Source of the DNA: Basidiobolus meristosporus CBS 931.73
Lineage: Eukaryota > Fungi > Basidiobolomycota
Direction of reading: 5' to 3'
Length of the DNA stretch: 64,000 nucleotides
Assembly: GCA_002104905.1 (NCBI GenBank)
Contig: MCFE01000071.1
Location: forward strand, 122,329-186,328
In this document: piece after piece, positions 1 through 12,700 of the stretch
How positions within the stretch are numbered: position 1 is the stretch's first letter
Layout of the letters: every line of letters starts with the position of its first letter
Position numbers and translations under genes: made by a program
Notes under the pieces: model-generated
Database searches by the model: none
Seen by the model: only the letters and a program-made list of their open reading frames with translations
What the model was told of the DNA's origin: nothing

Positions 1-1300
1 GTACCCTCTTTGAAGCTAAGAGGCTGCATTCTCTGCTGGGGCAATTGATTGTATTACACATATTATCTGCACATATTATCTCTGAACTATTAGTTGATTT
101 ATCATGGCCATAATATTTATCATATCTGCCACAGCACCTCATCACCTTCTTAACAGCTGGTACAAGTTGACACCATACTTACCAATACTGATGGTGATGA
201 TGTGGTGAAGCAGCACTTGTTGCAACAAATGTCAAAGCAAGCTGCTGTTCAACCATTTTTCTGCAGTTGTTTGTGGTGGGCTTAGCTGGGAACCCAGAGA
301 CTTTGCTTTATTTATTGGTGGTATTCATATGGAAGTGAGTAAAACCAAAGGAAAAATAGTTTTACATATATGTGTGAATGTGGAGCTACAGCATTATTTG
401 TACAACTCATTATAGTGGGTCCTTATGAAATATTTAATTATCTAAGTGCAATATTTTAAGCATCAGACTGTCTAGGGTTCACATGACTATTGATAAAAAA
501 GTGGGATAATAGCATTACATTGCTGAATTGCAAGCTGCTTACCTCATGGAAAAGACTGCTTTGATTCAATGCCATTGAAGAAGAGAATTAAGGCTACAGG
601 GCCATTGTTACAAACCTCCCTTCCATGATGCGTTGGAACAGCATAGAAAATATTACAAGGAGCACAGCTAATGGTTTGTCATTCAAGTCATAGTTGAGAG
701 CTGACTATTATCTACTGGAACTGCAATATCTGACCAGGTCACTGATGCTTATTTATATGGACTAAGCTGCATTTTTCAATTTGTACTATTTGAGTCAGGT
801 GAGTTTGTGATGGCTTTTGGCTTACCTCAGCTGTATAAATATGGGTGCAGAGTTATAGCTGTGACAAAGAAGGATCACTTATTGATTATGAGCCTATCTT
901 CCCTCTCAATAGTACCCAGCATGAGACTGGTAAAATCCCAGCAGGTAATAAGACAGCACTTGTAGAAGAAATGCCAAGAATGTTATATGGAATCAACAGA
1001 GCCCAGCAGTACAATTACTGGTGAATGGCACAATATTACTTCTAGAGATGAGGCATGCTTCTACCATTACTTGTAGTGGGGCTTTGAGGATTTACTCCCA
1101 ACTCTGGCCCAAATCATTCCAGAATGCAACTTGCCATATACTTGGCATCAATGAACAGCTATAATGTTGTTGGCAACATATGACAAGGAGACCATCCTGA
1201 AACCAGCATATGTTAACAGTTGCAAGGCTCTCACATCAGAAAATGCCACCATTGCAAGATGTCAAGCTTATTTAACACCATAAGAGGACAACCTTAAACC
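1..1300 (+). mobile_element. Degenerate repetitive element of unidentified family, copy A (probably runs off the window start)
   Basis: ~229-1270 aligns by eye with the reverse complement of 4560-5200, 7350-7590 and 8670-8830 (e.g. cagaaaatgccaccattgcaag at ~1235 vs cttgcaatggtggcattttctg at ~4683). Reading frames are broken by many TGA/TAG/TAA codons, and CpG is nearly absent. Confidence 0.55.
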
Positions 1301-1649
1301 CTCCATATATATTCCAGTATTACCTCATCTAAGAAAGCACTTGCAGTGCAACAAATATTGTGAAGGTATAAAATATTGCAGTGTGTACCAATCAAGTTCA
1401 GACAATTCCTATATAGACTCTGATAGCATTATATTGGCAGCATTACAGTCTAGAGCTAGCTCTGTACAATGCTGCCGGACCAATTTACCAAATGATATTT
1501 TCTTTTTCTACTTCCCCTTGCCCAATTCATATATTCCACTATAGAATCATCCCGCTTTATTTGCTTACACACTACTACCTTGGGTATTCCACATATAGCT
1601 CAAATCAAAAATTACTAAGTCCTCCTGCTTACTAACCTCTATGAATGTG

Positions 1650-3750
1650 CACACCTGCCACAATTTGCATACTTCTGTCACCTCAACTTTACAGCTTTTT
1701 AGTGTGATGCTTGCACAGTTCCCATATACCTTGTATTGCTGCTAACATATACATCTTGCAAACATATGCTTGGTTGCCGCCACTTCTGCCATGAATACCT
1801 CCTGAATATCCGCAAAGGACTGTTGGTATTAAGCCAAGATATTCCTTCTCCCTGCTGGATTCTGGTCCCCCTTATATGTGTAATCTGCTCTTGTTTGTGT
1901 GAATTTTGTATTGAATGGTGTTGAAACTGGCTTGTGACCAAGAGAAATTCAGCATACCTTGGTAAAGTTTTCCTAATAAAAATTAGTTGCTTGTTGCACC
2001 CAACCCAACTTTACATTACTTAATTGATTACCCATGCATTGGGGCTGCTTAGTTTCTTAATGTCATAGGCATAGGTGTCTCCATGTGCACATCTGTCCTC
2101 AGTATTTTGTATCTCTTCCTTGCTGTCCTCCATGTGCCAACTCATCACATCCATGACAAACTTGAAGGTGATATTTCTGATGAGATTGGGATATAGTAGT
2201 GCCTGTGACTTGACTTGTCTTCCTATCACCCCACACATCTGCTCCATGGGAAACTCCCAAAAGGTGAAGCAAGGACCAATATTCTCAACACACCAAGCAA
2301 GATGGAGTATCAAATGGATACAGCAGTGGCAAAGATCTACACACTCAGCTTTATGTTTGTAATAGCACCACTCAAACACCATCACAAACTTTTTGCACAA
2401 CAGTTGTAGATGTGTCAAGTTAGCATTGGTGATATGCTTTTGGATAAATATTCCTACAATGTTCACATTTGACTCCCAATGCTTCCAATGTTCTCTTGGT
2501 AGAAATGGCTTCAGAAGGCCACTTGAATAAATACATATCCAATTTATCCAGTCCTTGCACTTGTGTTATTACATATGCATATCAATGTTGACTGGAGCCC
2601 ATAAGAAGTACTTATAGTAGAAAATACTGTGTAATATCTTGCCAATTTTTCAAGTTTCTCCAGTATCTCAAAGGGCTCATTTAGCTTGAAATGCCCCATG
2701 AACATTTTGTTCATCAGCCTAGGGATATTGCTGAAAAGCAAATGCATTGCTCCCAATGGAAAGCTTTTGCTCCAAAAGATGTCCTCTATCTTAAGTATCA
2801 CCTGCCTCCAATTAATTCCATATTCTGGCTGATGGCTTATAGATTGCCAACTTTGCTGCAATGGCATGCTGACTTCTGTATGTTCTCTCTGTGGAATGAT
2901 ATTGAACTTGATGTTGGTGCTTGGGTAATAATCACATGTGTGGGTTTTGGAGTAAGTCACCTGGTTCTCACACATCTGACAGCACTGCCATCCATTGTGC
3001 CCAGAAAAGCCAGCTATCCTCCTGATGGCTGGGGTATCTCCAATGCAGATAATAATTGGCACTTTTACATGACAGTCATTTATTGTTATAGTGCTAGAAA
3101 GCATAAAAAACTCATCTAGCAATGGATACAGGTAGCTATCCAGGCTGGGCAGGGATTTAGGCCCAGATACCAGTGAGATTACCATCAGATTTCTGCTTGG
3201 ATACTGTAAGATATGTGGCAGATTCAAGTTGATGAGAATCAGTTGCTAGCAGGATTTGCAGGTAGAGTACTTGTCTAATGAGGACTCATGAAGGGTCAAG
3301 GCAAAGGCAGGGTCATATATACCTTCAAAGTAGCCCTTACGGCTTAGCTATCTGTAAGGTTTGCCATTAAATATATCTGATATGTTTGCACTTGATTGTT
3401 ACTGGGTGCAGTACTTTGTAACTTCTGTGGTAATGGAAAGTATTCCATTACTACAATATCTCTAAACCAATATTGCACTCATTTCTTTATTTTGCTTTTT
3501 GCTATTGTAACACACAAGTGAAAGATCAAGAATTTCCAACTTTGAAGAACAAATGCTCCAGACCCTGCAAGCAATCCACCCAAGAATATTATGTCATACA
3601 GAACACGTAGTAGCCAACACATGTTTCAAATTACAGCTCATTTGAAGCAGTACTTAAGGAGTTATGACCAAATGAGTCCAATTATTATATATACTATGCC
3701 TTATTGCTAGAATTACTATGGTGACTTTGATCGCGTGTAACTTTCGAACC
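1650..3750 (-). pseudogene. CACTA/EnSpm (CMC)-type transposase relic, copy 1
   Basis: ORF 2544-3227 has NLPHILQYPSRNLMVISLVSGPK...LDSYLYPLLDE...CIGDTPAIRRIAGFSGHNGWQCCQMC...FPLGAMHLLFSNI. ORF 2020-2466 has IHLILHLAWCVENIGPCFTFWEFPMEQMCG. Upstream frame fragments read DIFNGKPYR...DPAFAL. These match fungal tnp2/Transposase_21-type proteins. Boundaries are approximate; there are stops and frameshifts. Confidence 0.75.
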
Positions 3751-4100
3751 AGCCAATAAAATCACGTGAAATTCTCACAGGTGCTGCGCCTATGTCCGAT
3801 CTGCGCCACTGCAAAATTTTAGCTTTGTATCACGTGTATTGCTTATGCAATTGCCCAAAAACTTTGATCCTTCAAAATTCTCATATATATGACTTCCCCA
3901 GCTGAAAAATAAAGAGGGAGCCTCTCTTTCCAGAATCTCCACACTACAATTACAAGTTTAAAGGTTATAAGACTTCCCCTGCATCACTTGCACTGTTGAG
4001 TATTTTGACTTTGATTGGTACTACATCAGTAAAGAGACTGCAAAGCTCACAAGAATCCAATCTAAGTTCTACAAGAAACTACCACTTTTCTGTCAGAAAA

Positions 4101-4245
4101 GTCCCCTCTAAGAAACCCCTTTACTCTAAAGACACCCCTTTAGAGACCCCTTTAAGAAACCCCTTTACTCTAAAGAAGCCCCTTTAGACACCCCTTTAGG
4201 TCTAAAGACCCCTTTAGAGACTTCTACAACACACCCCTTTAGGTT
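4101..4245. repeat. Array of ~9 short (A)CCCCTTTA(G) motifs
   Basis: acccctttag/acccctttact/cccctcta recur about every 12-25 bp. Possibly subterminal repeats of the adjacent CACTA relic. Confidence 0.8.
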
Positions 4246-5201
4246 GAAGGGGAGTTCAGAATTTCCATATCAGGAAATATTTTCTCAGAAAGGAAAGTGA
4301 CTTCCAAATAAGGAAAAGTTACTATAAAAGTAAATAAGCCCATTAGTCAACAGAAGGTCAGAACACTGCTGTAGAAGTGATAAACACTGCCTACAGTATA
4401 TTTTGAGCCCAAGATTGAGGAAATTAGTGAAAGTTATATCTTCTATCGGTATATCAAACTCCCAATAAACTATTTCAGTATTAGCATACTGGAAGTTGTT
4501 GTATATTGTTGATTAGCCTCTACATTGTAGAACAAGCCCCAAACTAATCATAATACAACACAACACTTCACAATATTTGTTGGACTGCATGAGCTTCTTC
4601 ACACATGGTATTACTGGAATATATCCAGAGTGTGCACAATGCTCTCACCCAATGGTTGTGGATTCCTGACAAGTTGGACACCTTGCAATGGTGGCATTTT
4701 CTGACGTGAATGTCATGCAATTGTTAACACATACTGGTATTGGGATGGTCTCTGGTTTATATGTTGCCAGCCACATGACAGTTTTCCAGTTATACTATGT
4801 AGATAGTAAGTTGCATCTCAGGATGATTTTGGCAAGAAGTAGTAGTAAGTCCTCAAAGCTCCCATAACTGATATTAGTGAAAACATGCCACTTGTCTAGT
4901 CATAACATCACATCATTTACCAGTATATGGATTACTGAGCGCACAATCCATCAGTGAGCCTGCTTCTTCAGAGCTATCACTCTGCATGCCATATTCAGAC
5001 GGCTGGGGTGAGCCTAAATGTGTTATAAACTCACCTGACTCAGTTTGCACAATGTGACAAGTACAGCCAGATGCTGTTATAGAAGTGTCATGGGGCCAGC
5101 AAGATATTGTTTGTATAGCTGTGACTGGCCAATGGTCAAATATGACTTGTATGGTAAAAAACTGGCAATGATCCTTGTAATACCTCCTATGCTGTCTGCG
5201 T

Positions 5202-7345
5202 TGTGGTGGTGTATAAATCCAAGGGAGAGATATGTCCAACACTTCTCAAGTGTTTTGTGTGTGGGGTGTTCACTGGGTACAATAACCTCTGGCAAAAGCT
5301 TGCTAGGAATACTTGGGTTCTGTCTCAAATCTAATGTGATGAGGAATAAAGCCACAAGCATGTCAAGGGAAAACTATTGAGCTACAATCCCCAACTTAAT
5401 TGGTGTCTTAACAAAAGTATGTGCTGGGTTCAGCATTCTTTGAGATGACAATGTACTAAAGCTTCCAAAGTCAAAACAACTGTAAACTCCACCAGCAGCA
5501 ACTTGATAAGAATGCAGCTGTGGTCAATAGTTACAAAGACAGAAAAGTATCTTTGCCTGTACAAGAACAAACTTGGGAAAGAATCAAATATAATAGAAGA
5601 TACCTACTCTGAGTACTCCTTACAAGCAGTGCCTTCAAGGTCAGTTGGCTGTCAGCACTGTAGTAGGATGACAGTGACACCCACTGACAGATGTGCTCAT
5701 TCCCATATTTTCTACTTCCCTATTTCTCTACTACCCTTATTTTAGTTTTATCCTGTTTGTCTTACCTGATCAGTAATATCCCATAAGCTGGTTGACTATC
5801 ACACCTGCTTACCTTATTGCATAAGTATCCCCCACTTTATGTAAGATTACTGGCAGTAAGTGCCTCTATATTAGGCAAGTACCCATGCCAGTACCCGTGA
5901 CACATGAATAACCTGTGTCACCATCCCTATCATTCCCATGCCATATATGGTATCCCTATGTTACACAGGTTACAGAGTACTGCTTTCTGATTGGTTGGAT
6001 GCGCTGTGCCTCTTAGAACCTTCCAGCACTTACTTAGACCATTCTTAGGTCATTCTGATGTAATTAAGATTTCTATTGATATCCGGAATCTTCTGGAACA
6101 CCTTGATTAGTTATCACTTAACCAGTAAGAAAAGTATATAAGGGAGGCTATCCCTCAACAATATATTATCATCCCTTTTATTGGTATACCAACTTGTTGA
6201 TTAGTGTGATCACTGCTACCTGCTGCTACCTGAACTTCCAACCCCAGACCACAGGACACTCCCTGAAAACCATGCTGACAGCCAACTGACCTTGAAGGCA
6301 CTACTTGTGAGGAATACTCAGAGTAGGTATCTTCTATTATATTTGATTTTTTCCCAAGTTTGTTCTTGTACAGGCAAAGATACTTTTCTGTCTTTGTAAC
6401 TATTGACCACAGCTGCATTCTTATCAAGTTGCTGCTGGTGGAGTTTACAGTTGTTTTGACCTTGGAAGCTTTAGTACATTGTCATCTCAAAGAACGCTGA
6501 ACCCAGTACATACTTTTGTTAAGACACCAACTAAGTTGGGGATTGTAGCTCAATAGTTTTCCCATGACATGCTTGTGGCTTTATTCCTCATCACATTAGA
6601 TTTGAGACAGAACCCAAGTATTCCTAGCAAGCTTTTGCCAGAGGTTATTGTACCCAGTGAACACCCCACACACAAAACACTTGAGAAGTGTTGGACATAT
6701 CTCTCCCTTGGACTTATACACCACCACAGCATGGTTTCCTGGGAGTGTCCTGTGGTCTGGGGTTGGAAGTTCAGGTAGCAGCAGGTAGCAGTGATCACAC
6801 TAATCAACAAGTTGGTATACTGATAAAATGGATGATAATATATTGTTGAGGGATAGCCTCCCTTATATACTTTTCTTACTGGTTAAGTGATTACTAATCA
6901 TGGTGTTCCAGAAGGTTCCAGATATCAATAGAAATCTCAATGACATCAGAATTACTAAGAATGTTCTGAGTAGGTGCTGGAATGCTCTAAGAGGTACTGC
7001 ACATCCAACCAATCAGGAATCAGTACTCTCAAACATGTGTGACATAGGGATACCATATATGGTATGGAAATGATAGGGATGGTGACATGGGTTGATCATG
7101 TGTCATGGGCACTGCTGCGGGTACTTGTCCAATATAGAAGCACTTACTGCTAGTAATCATACATAAAGTGAGGCATAACTTATGCAATAAGTTAAGCAGG
7201 TGTGATAGTTAACTGGCTTATGGGATAGTACAGATCAGGTAAGACAAATGGGATAAAACTAAAATAAGGGGAGTATAGAAATAGGGAAGTAGAAAATATA
7301 GGAATGTGCACATCTGTCAGTGGGTGTCATTGTGACCCCACTACA
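5202..7345 (-). mobile_element. Solo LTR (~1070 bp), interrupted by a nested copy of itself
   Basis: Termini are TGTGGTGG...CCCACTACA, with a 4-bp TSD gcgt (5198-5201)/gcat (7346-7349). Removing 5659-6728 plus one TSD leaves 1070 bp. Strand is assigned from the TATATAA-like box (aagtatataaggg). Confidence 0.85.
5659..6728 (+). mobile_element. Nested solo LTR, opposite orientation, same family
   Basis: Begins TGTAGT and ends CACCACCACA; 1070 bp. Flanked by gcac (5655-5658)/gcat (6729-6732). It is the reverse complement of 7595-8665. Confidence 0.85.
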
Positions 7346-7594
7346 GCATGCTTCATGACTGAGAGGCTTGTACAATAGCCACATGGTCTTTTTTTCTTCT
7401 CTTATGGTCTTGGACCAAAGCAGTCTTGCTCATGGGGAAAACAGTTTGACACCCAACATAATGCTGTTATATCACTTTTCGGTCAGTACTTATGTGAGTT
7501 TAAGACAGTCTTGGATTTGATACATTGCACCTACATGAATGTAAGATTCAATGATGACCTGCCATAGTAAGCATTATGAATAAAGTTGTGGCGC

Positions 7595-8665
7595 TGTGGT
7601 GGTGTATAAGTCCAAGGGAGAGATACATCCAACACTTCTCAAGTGTTTTGTGTGTGGGGTGTTCACTGGGTGCAATTACCTCTGGCAAAAGCTTGCTAGG
7701 AATACTTGGGTTCTGTCTCTAATCTAATGTGAAGGGGAATAAAGCCACAAGCTTGTCAAGGGAAAACTATTGAGCTACAATCCCCAACTTAGTTGGCGTC
7801 TTAACAAAAGTATGTGCTGGGTTCAGCGTCCTTTGAGATGACAATGTACTAAAGCTTCCAAAGTCAAAACAACTGTAAACTCCACCAGCAGGGACTTGAT
7901 AAGAATGCAGCTTTGGTCAATAGTTACAAAGACAGAAAAGTATCTTTGCCTGTACAAGAACAAACTTGGGAAAGAATCAAATATAATAAAAGATACCTAC
8001 TCTGAGTATTCCTCACAAGTAGTGCCTCCAAGGTCAGTTGGCTGTCAGCGCAGTTTCCTGGGAGTGTCCTGTGGTCTAGGATTGGAAGTTCAGGTAGCAG
8101 CAGGTAGCAATGATCACACTAATCAACAAGTCGGTATATTGATAAAAGGGATGATGATTTATTGTTAAGGGATAGCCTCCCTTATATACTTTTCTCACTG
8201 GCTAAGTGATTACTAATCATGGTGTTCCAGAAGGTTCCGGAGATCAATAGAAATCTTAATGACATCAGAATAACCTAAGAATGTTCTAAGTAGGTGCCGG
8301 ATGGTTCTAAGAGGCACAGCACATCCAACCAATCAGGAATCAGTATTCTGAAACCTGTGTAACATGGGGATACCATATATGGTATGGAAATGGTAGGGAT
8401 GGTGACACGGGCTGATCATGTGTCACGGGTACTGGCGCGGGTACTTGCCTTATATAGAAGTACTTATAGCTAGTAATCTTACATAAAGTGAGGGGTAACT
8501 TATGCAATAAGGTAAGCAGGTGTGATAGTCAACCGGCTTATGGGATAGTACTGATTGGGTAAGACAAATGGGATAAAACTAAAATAAGTGTAGTAGAGAT
8601 ATAGGGAAGTAGAAAATAAGGGAATGAGCACATCTGTCAGTGGGTGTCACTGTCACCCCACTACA
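7595..8665 (-). mobile_element. Solo LTR (1071 bp) with perfect GCGC TSD
   Basis: gcgc|TGTGGTGG...CCCACTACA|gcgc (TSD at 7591-7594 and 8666-8669), with an internal gcgc at 8048-8051. Confidence 0.9.
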
Positions 8666-10134
8666 GCGCCACATACACATGTTTATGTAGCACCATTTCC
8701 CCTTTTGTGTGACTTGCTTCCATATATATGCCGCTAGAAAATAAAGCAAAGTTGTCAGATTCCCAGTCAAACCCCACCACTGACAGCCACAGGAGAATGG
8801 CTGGACAACAGCTTGTTTTGACATTCAGTGCAATAAGTGGGGCTACAACCACAAAAGGCCCTGTGGACAGTGTGCCCATTGAAGGGAATTATGTGGACTC
8901 CTCAGGCTTTCAGTCAAGTAGGAAATTGGGAATCTCTGTGAAGCTGCAAACTGACCATAATGCTGACATAATAAGATAAAGCCCACAAAAAAATCTATGA
9001 CAGCATGGGAGGGAGAAAATTTAGTGTTTATACCAAAGCCTAAATATCAAGACATTGCAGATGCATAAAATCATTGAGTGCAATGATGAAGAGTGGGCTA
9101 ATATTCAAGAGGCTTATAGAAGTCTAGTGTGCCAACACCTTAAAGCCCACATACCATGGGATCATCAGTAACTTGAGGCTAAGCAGAATGCGCTTGACTT
9201 GTCCCATGAGCATTCTCCTGGATTCAAACAAGTAAACGGGTTTTGGGCCAGCATTGGTATACTAAAAAAGTATCTGACAAATAGCAGAAAATATCAAAGG
9301 CAGAAGAACAATGGTGCAATGTCTCAATACCAGTGGTTTCCTCAAGTACCTGCTACAAGCAGTGCCAAAAGCTCCAAACAAGTGTCAAAGAGGCATCAGG
9401 TGGCTGGAAGAGTGACAACAAGGGAGAAGCACACAGACACAGATGCATTAGCACAACATTTACCAAGGAAAAGCTTAGTTCTACTCAACAAGCACTAAGT
9501 CAAAGAAGCAGTGAAGAACCTGGCAATATTAAAGAAAGTGGCTACCTCAGGAACCTGTCACAGCATGGGCTGAGAGCTCAACAAAGCAGAAAGAAGCATC
9601 AGGTTACCTGCAGAGGGCCAGCAAGTGACAAGCAGGCCAAAACATATATATCAGAGCAGCATTTATCAAGGGAAAACATAGTTCAATGCAAGAAGCACTC
9701 AGACGCAGTGAAAGACCTGGTGGTGATAAAGGGGAAGGTAAAGGGGAAAAAGTCTACCTAAGCCAGAGACAGGGAAGTGTGAGAAAGAAGCTGTAGTTCT
9801 TACCAACTAATGCTATGAGTATAGAGCAGACTGAATTCCCTCATAGCCAAGAAAAGTTAACAGCAAAAAAACAGCTGTTTTCACAAGAGTTGCAAGTGCA
9901 GCCAGTTGGGCTACACCCCAGTGAGGTCAATGAGTTTGCCAAGAAAAGCAATTTGTCTATTACTGCCTCCATGTTCTCCATTGTAGACCAAGTGGAGATT
10001 CCATTTACAGACAATGAAACAATGTCAAGAACTCATAAGACTATTGCAATGCCTAAATTGGAATTTTGGAACATTAACAGGCACACTAAGAGGTTGCAGC
10101 ACTTCTTCAAGAGTAGGGCTCAGGAAAACACACC

Positions 10135-11100
10135 TGAATACTGCAAAGACTGGCAGATCAGGTGCTAGACCTTGCAGTGCCAGCTGAAGACCAGGATGTA
10201 TGGGAACCAGTGAATGAACAGTGGCATAAAGCTGCACAGTTCCTGCCAAGGTCATGGAAAATGGGCATTACAGCCAGTTGTATCCAAGAGAAAGTGTAAT
10301 AAAACTCTTGAATGGTTTAACTGAACCAAAGGGACAATTAAGTGCCGAATCTTAGAATTGTCAGAGTGTGGCGGAAATATTAGCAGAAAGATTCTGATCT
10401 AATATTGGTCTTGGATATAGCTGGGTTGGCTATAAAGACAATGATATTTGTTTGCTAGGCAGGCTAGGCTTGGTGTTCTTTGGAGTGCTAGATCTACCAG
10501 GCTTAGATAGAAACAAGAACAGAATTGTTGGATTCTTATTTTTGCTGAGACAGAATCTTAATTTTGTTGTGACACACACTAAACCAAAAGGTTCAGTAAA
10601 CTTTATTTATACTTTTCTAATCAAGTTGAATTAGTAAGCACCAAGGGACTGGATTGATTGAAATCAATTTGGGTGTTGATAAGTGCATAAGATAAATGAA
10701 AATTACATCATCAATCAACTGGTGTCTTGGCAACTGCACAGTGGTTGGATAGATCTCAGATGACTAATTACCTGGGAAGGCTTGGCAGATAGGTTGATAA
10801 TGTAATGACCATTTGAAAATAGATCAGGTGTGATAGCTAAAAATAGATTCTGAGGTGGGATAAAATAAACTGTAACTGGGATTTGTTATGTTTGGGTTAG
10901 GGAAAATCAGTTAGGGTACTAGATTTTCAAATGGAGTAAAATTGGCTAAGTTTTAAATGTTGATGCACAACACAGCCAAAATACTTATTGAATGGTTGAT
11001 CTTGGTGGAATTACTTGTTGAGTATGGGGTTGGGCTTAATGTGACTGTTGGGCATAGGGACTTGTATAGGTCAATACAGTTGGCAGCTGAGGTACAATGA
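10135..11100 (-). mobile_element. Fragment related to the upstream part of CACTA relic copy 2, interrupted by an insertion
   Basis: 10135-10260 matches 12454-12575, and 10980-11090 matches 12590-12690. Confidence 0.6.
10277..10971. mobile_element. 695-bp insertion with a 7-bp direct flank and GTTGT...ACAAC termini
   Basis: acagcca at 10270-10276 and 10972-10978. Removing the insert restores collinearity with 12575-12600. Confidence 0.55.
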
Positions 11101-11399
11101 AGCTTAAACAAATATAAATCAATTTGTATGCATGAAAAGTAAGAGAACTGGTTTAGTCAGGAAGTAAGGAGTGTGAAAAAGAGGCAATAGCCAAGCAATG
11201 CAAGCAAGTGTAGGAGGTTATTGAGTTTCCAGGATCAGAAAGTGAGAGAACTGGCAGAGGACCAATCAGAAGCCACTTATGTATTGTTGTGATGAAAAAC
11301 TTTGACCACGTTTTTTGTAAAATCTGGGGTGCAAATATTTTTTAATTGTCATTGCATGGTGTCCTGATGTGATCAATACCTCTTTATCATGGGCCTTTA

Positions 11400-12700
11400 A
11401 TTCTGTGATGGCCTTTTGATTCGGTCAATATAGTTGTTTCTCATAGGGCTGTAGGTAATACTCTTGATGAGATTGGGATACGGTAGGAAGATGGAGTAGA
11501 GAATGGATACAGCAGTGGCAGGAATCATTAATTCAGTCTTATGCTTGAAGTATTGCTGCTCAAATCCTGTCATAAACTTCCTGTATAAAAGCTACAAATG
11601 CATCAAGTTGGCAATGGTAATCTGCTTCTGGATTGATATTCCTGCAATATCAACATATAGCTCCCAATGCTTCCAATGAGCTCTTAGTAGAAATGGCTTC
11701 AGAGGGCCACTTGAATAAATACATATCCAGCTCATCCAGTCCTGAATTTGTACTGTGCATATGTCAATGAATACTGTTTGGAGCTTGTGAGAACTATTTT
11801 GGGTAGCAGATGCTCTGTAATATCTTGCCAGTTCTTTCAAATTGCTCTGGTATCTTAGTGCACTCAATTGGCTAGAAATGCCACATGTACAACTGGGTCC
11901 TTAGTACAGGGATATTGTTGCAAAGTAACTTCATTGCTCCCTGTGGAAAGCATTTGCTCCTATAGATACCCTCTATCTTAAGTGTTTCCAGTTTTCAGCT
12001 GATTCCATATTCCAGCTAATGGCTTATAGCTTGTCAACTCTGCAGCAATTGCATGTTGACTTCTTTATGTTCTCTTGGTGAGAAGATGATCCTCTTTGTG
12101 TTGATGTTTGGATAATAGTAATATGTTTGAGTTATAGAGTAAATCCCCTTGATCTTACACATTTGACAGCAATATCATCTATTGTGCTGAGAAAAGCTGA
12201 CTATCTTGCTGATGACTGGAGTATCTCCAATGCAGATATTAATATGCACTTTAAAGTGATGACCATTTAGTAGTCTCCTGCTGGAAAGCAGACAAAGTTC
12301 ATGCAGCAAGGAATACAGGTAGCTATCCAGTGATATAGGCCCAGATACCAGTGAGACTACCATTCAATATCTGCTATGATACTGCAAGATAGGCAGCAGA
12401 TCAGGTTGATGAGAATCAGTGGCCAGCAGGATTGAATGCTACAAGTATTTATTGCAAAGACTGGCAGATGAGGTGCTAGACCTTGCAGTGCCACCTGAAT
12501 ACCAGGATGTATGGGAACCAGTGAACAAACAGTAGCATAAACTGTAGGGCTCCTACTAAAGTCATAGAAAAGGGTGTCACTGCAGAAATACTTACCCAAT
12601 GGTGGATTTTAGTGGAGTTACTTGTTGAGTGTGGAGTTGGGCTTAATGTTGTTGTTGGGTATAGAAACTTGTATACTTCAATACATATCAAGTATTATAA
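11400..12700 (-). pseudogene. CACTA-type transposase relic, copy 2
   Basis: Collinear with 2190-3240. ORF 12175-12363 (VSLVSGPISLDSYLYSLLHE...CIGDTPVISKIVSFSQHN) parallels copy 1. Confidence 0.75.

Larger units (their letters stand above)
4560..8990 (-). mobile_element. Degenerate unidentified element, copy B (inverted relative to copy A), split by LTR insertions
   Basis: Segments 4560-5201, 7346-7594 and 8666-~8850 are collinear with copy A once the LTRs at 5202-7345 and 7595-8665 are removed. Outer boundaries are approximate. Confidence 0.6.

Noticed and set aside
4913-5242. PIF/Harbinger transposase (YYKDH..FTIQVIFD...CWPHD resembles YYNRK..SINVQ.VCD...GWPGS.HD)
   Set aside because: The second copy does not preserve the WP/HD-like residues and no DxGY motif is clear, so the element is left unidentified.
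5202-7345. Large palindrome or two separate small elements
   Set aside because: Fully explained by one LTR nested in reverse orientation inside another, with matching 4-bp TSDs and lengths.
5077-8168. Repeated ORFs MIRMQLWSIV... and MLVALFLITL... as a gene family
   Set aside because: They lie entirely within the three solo LTR copies and recur only because the LTR is repeated.
9000-10130. ORFs 9199-10168 as a real gene
   Set aside because: They lie in the CpG-decayed zone, are fragmented across frames with an internal partial duplication, and have no recognisable domain.
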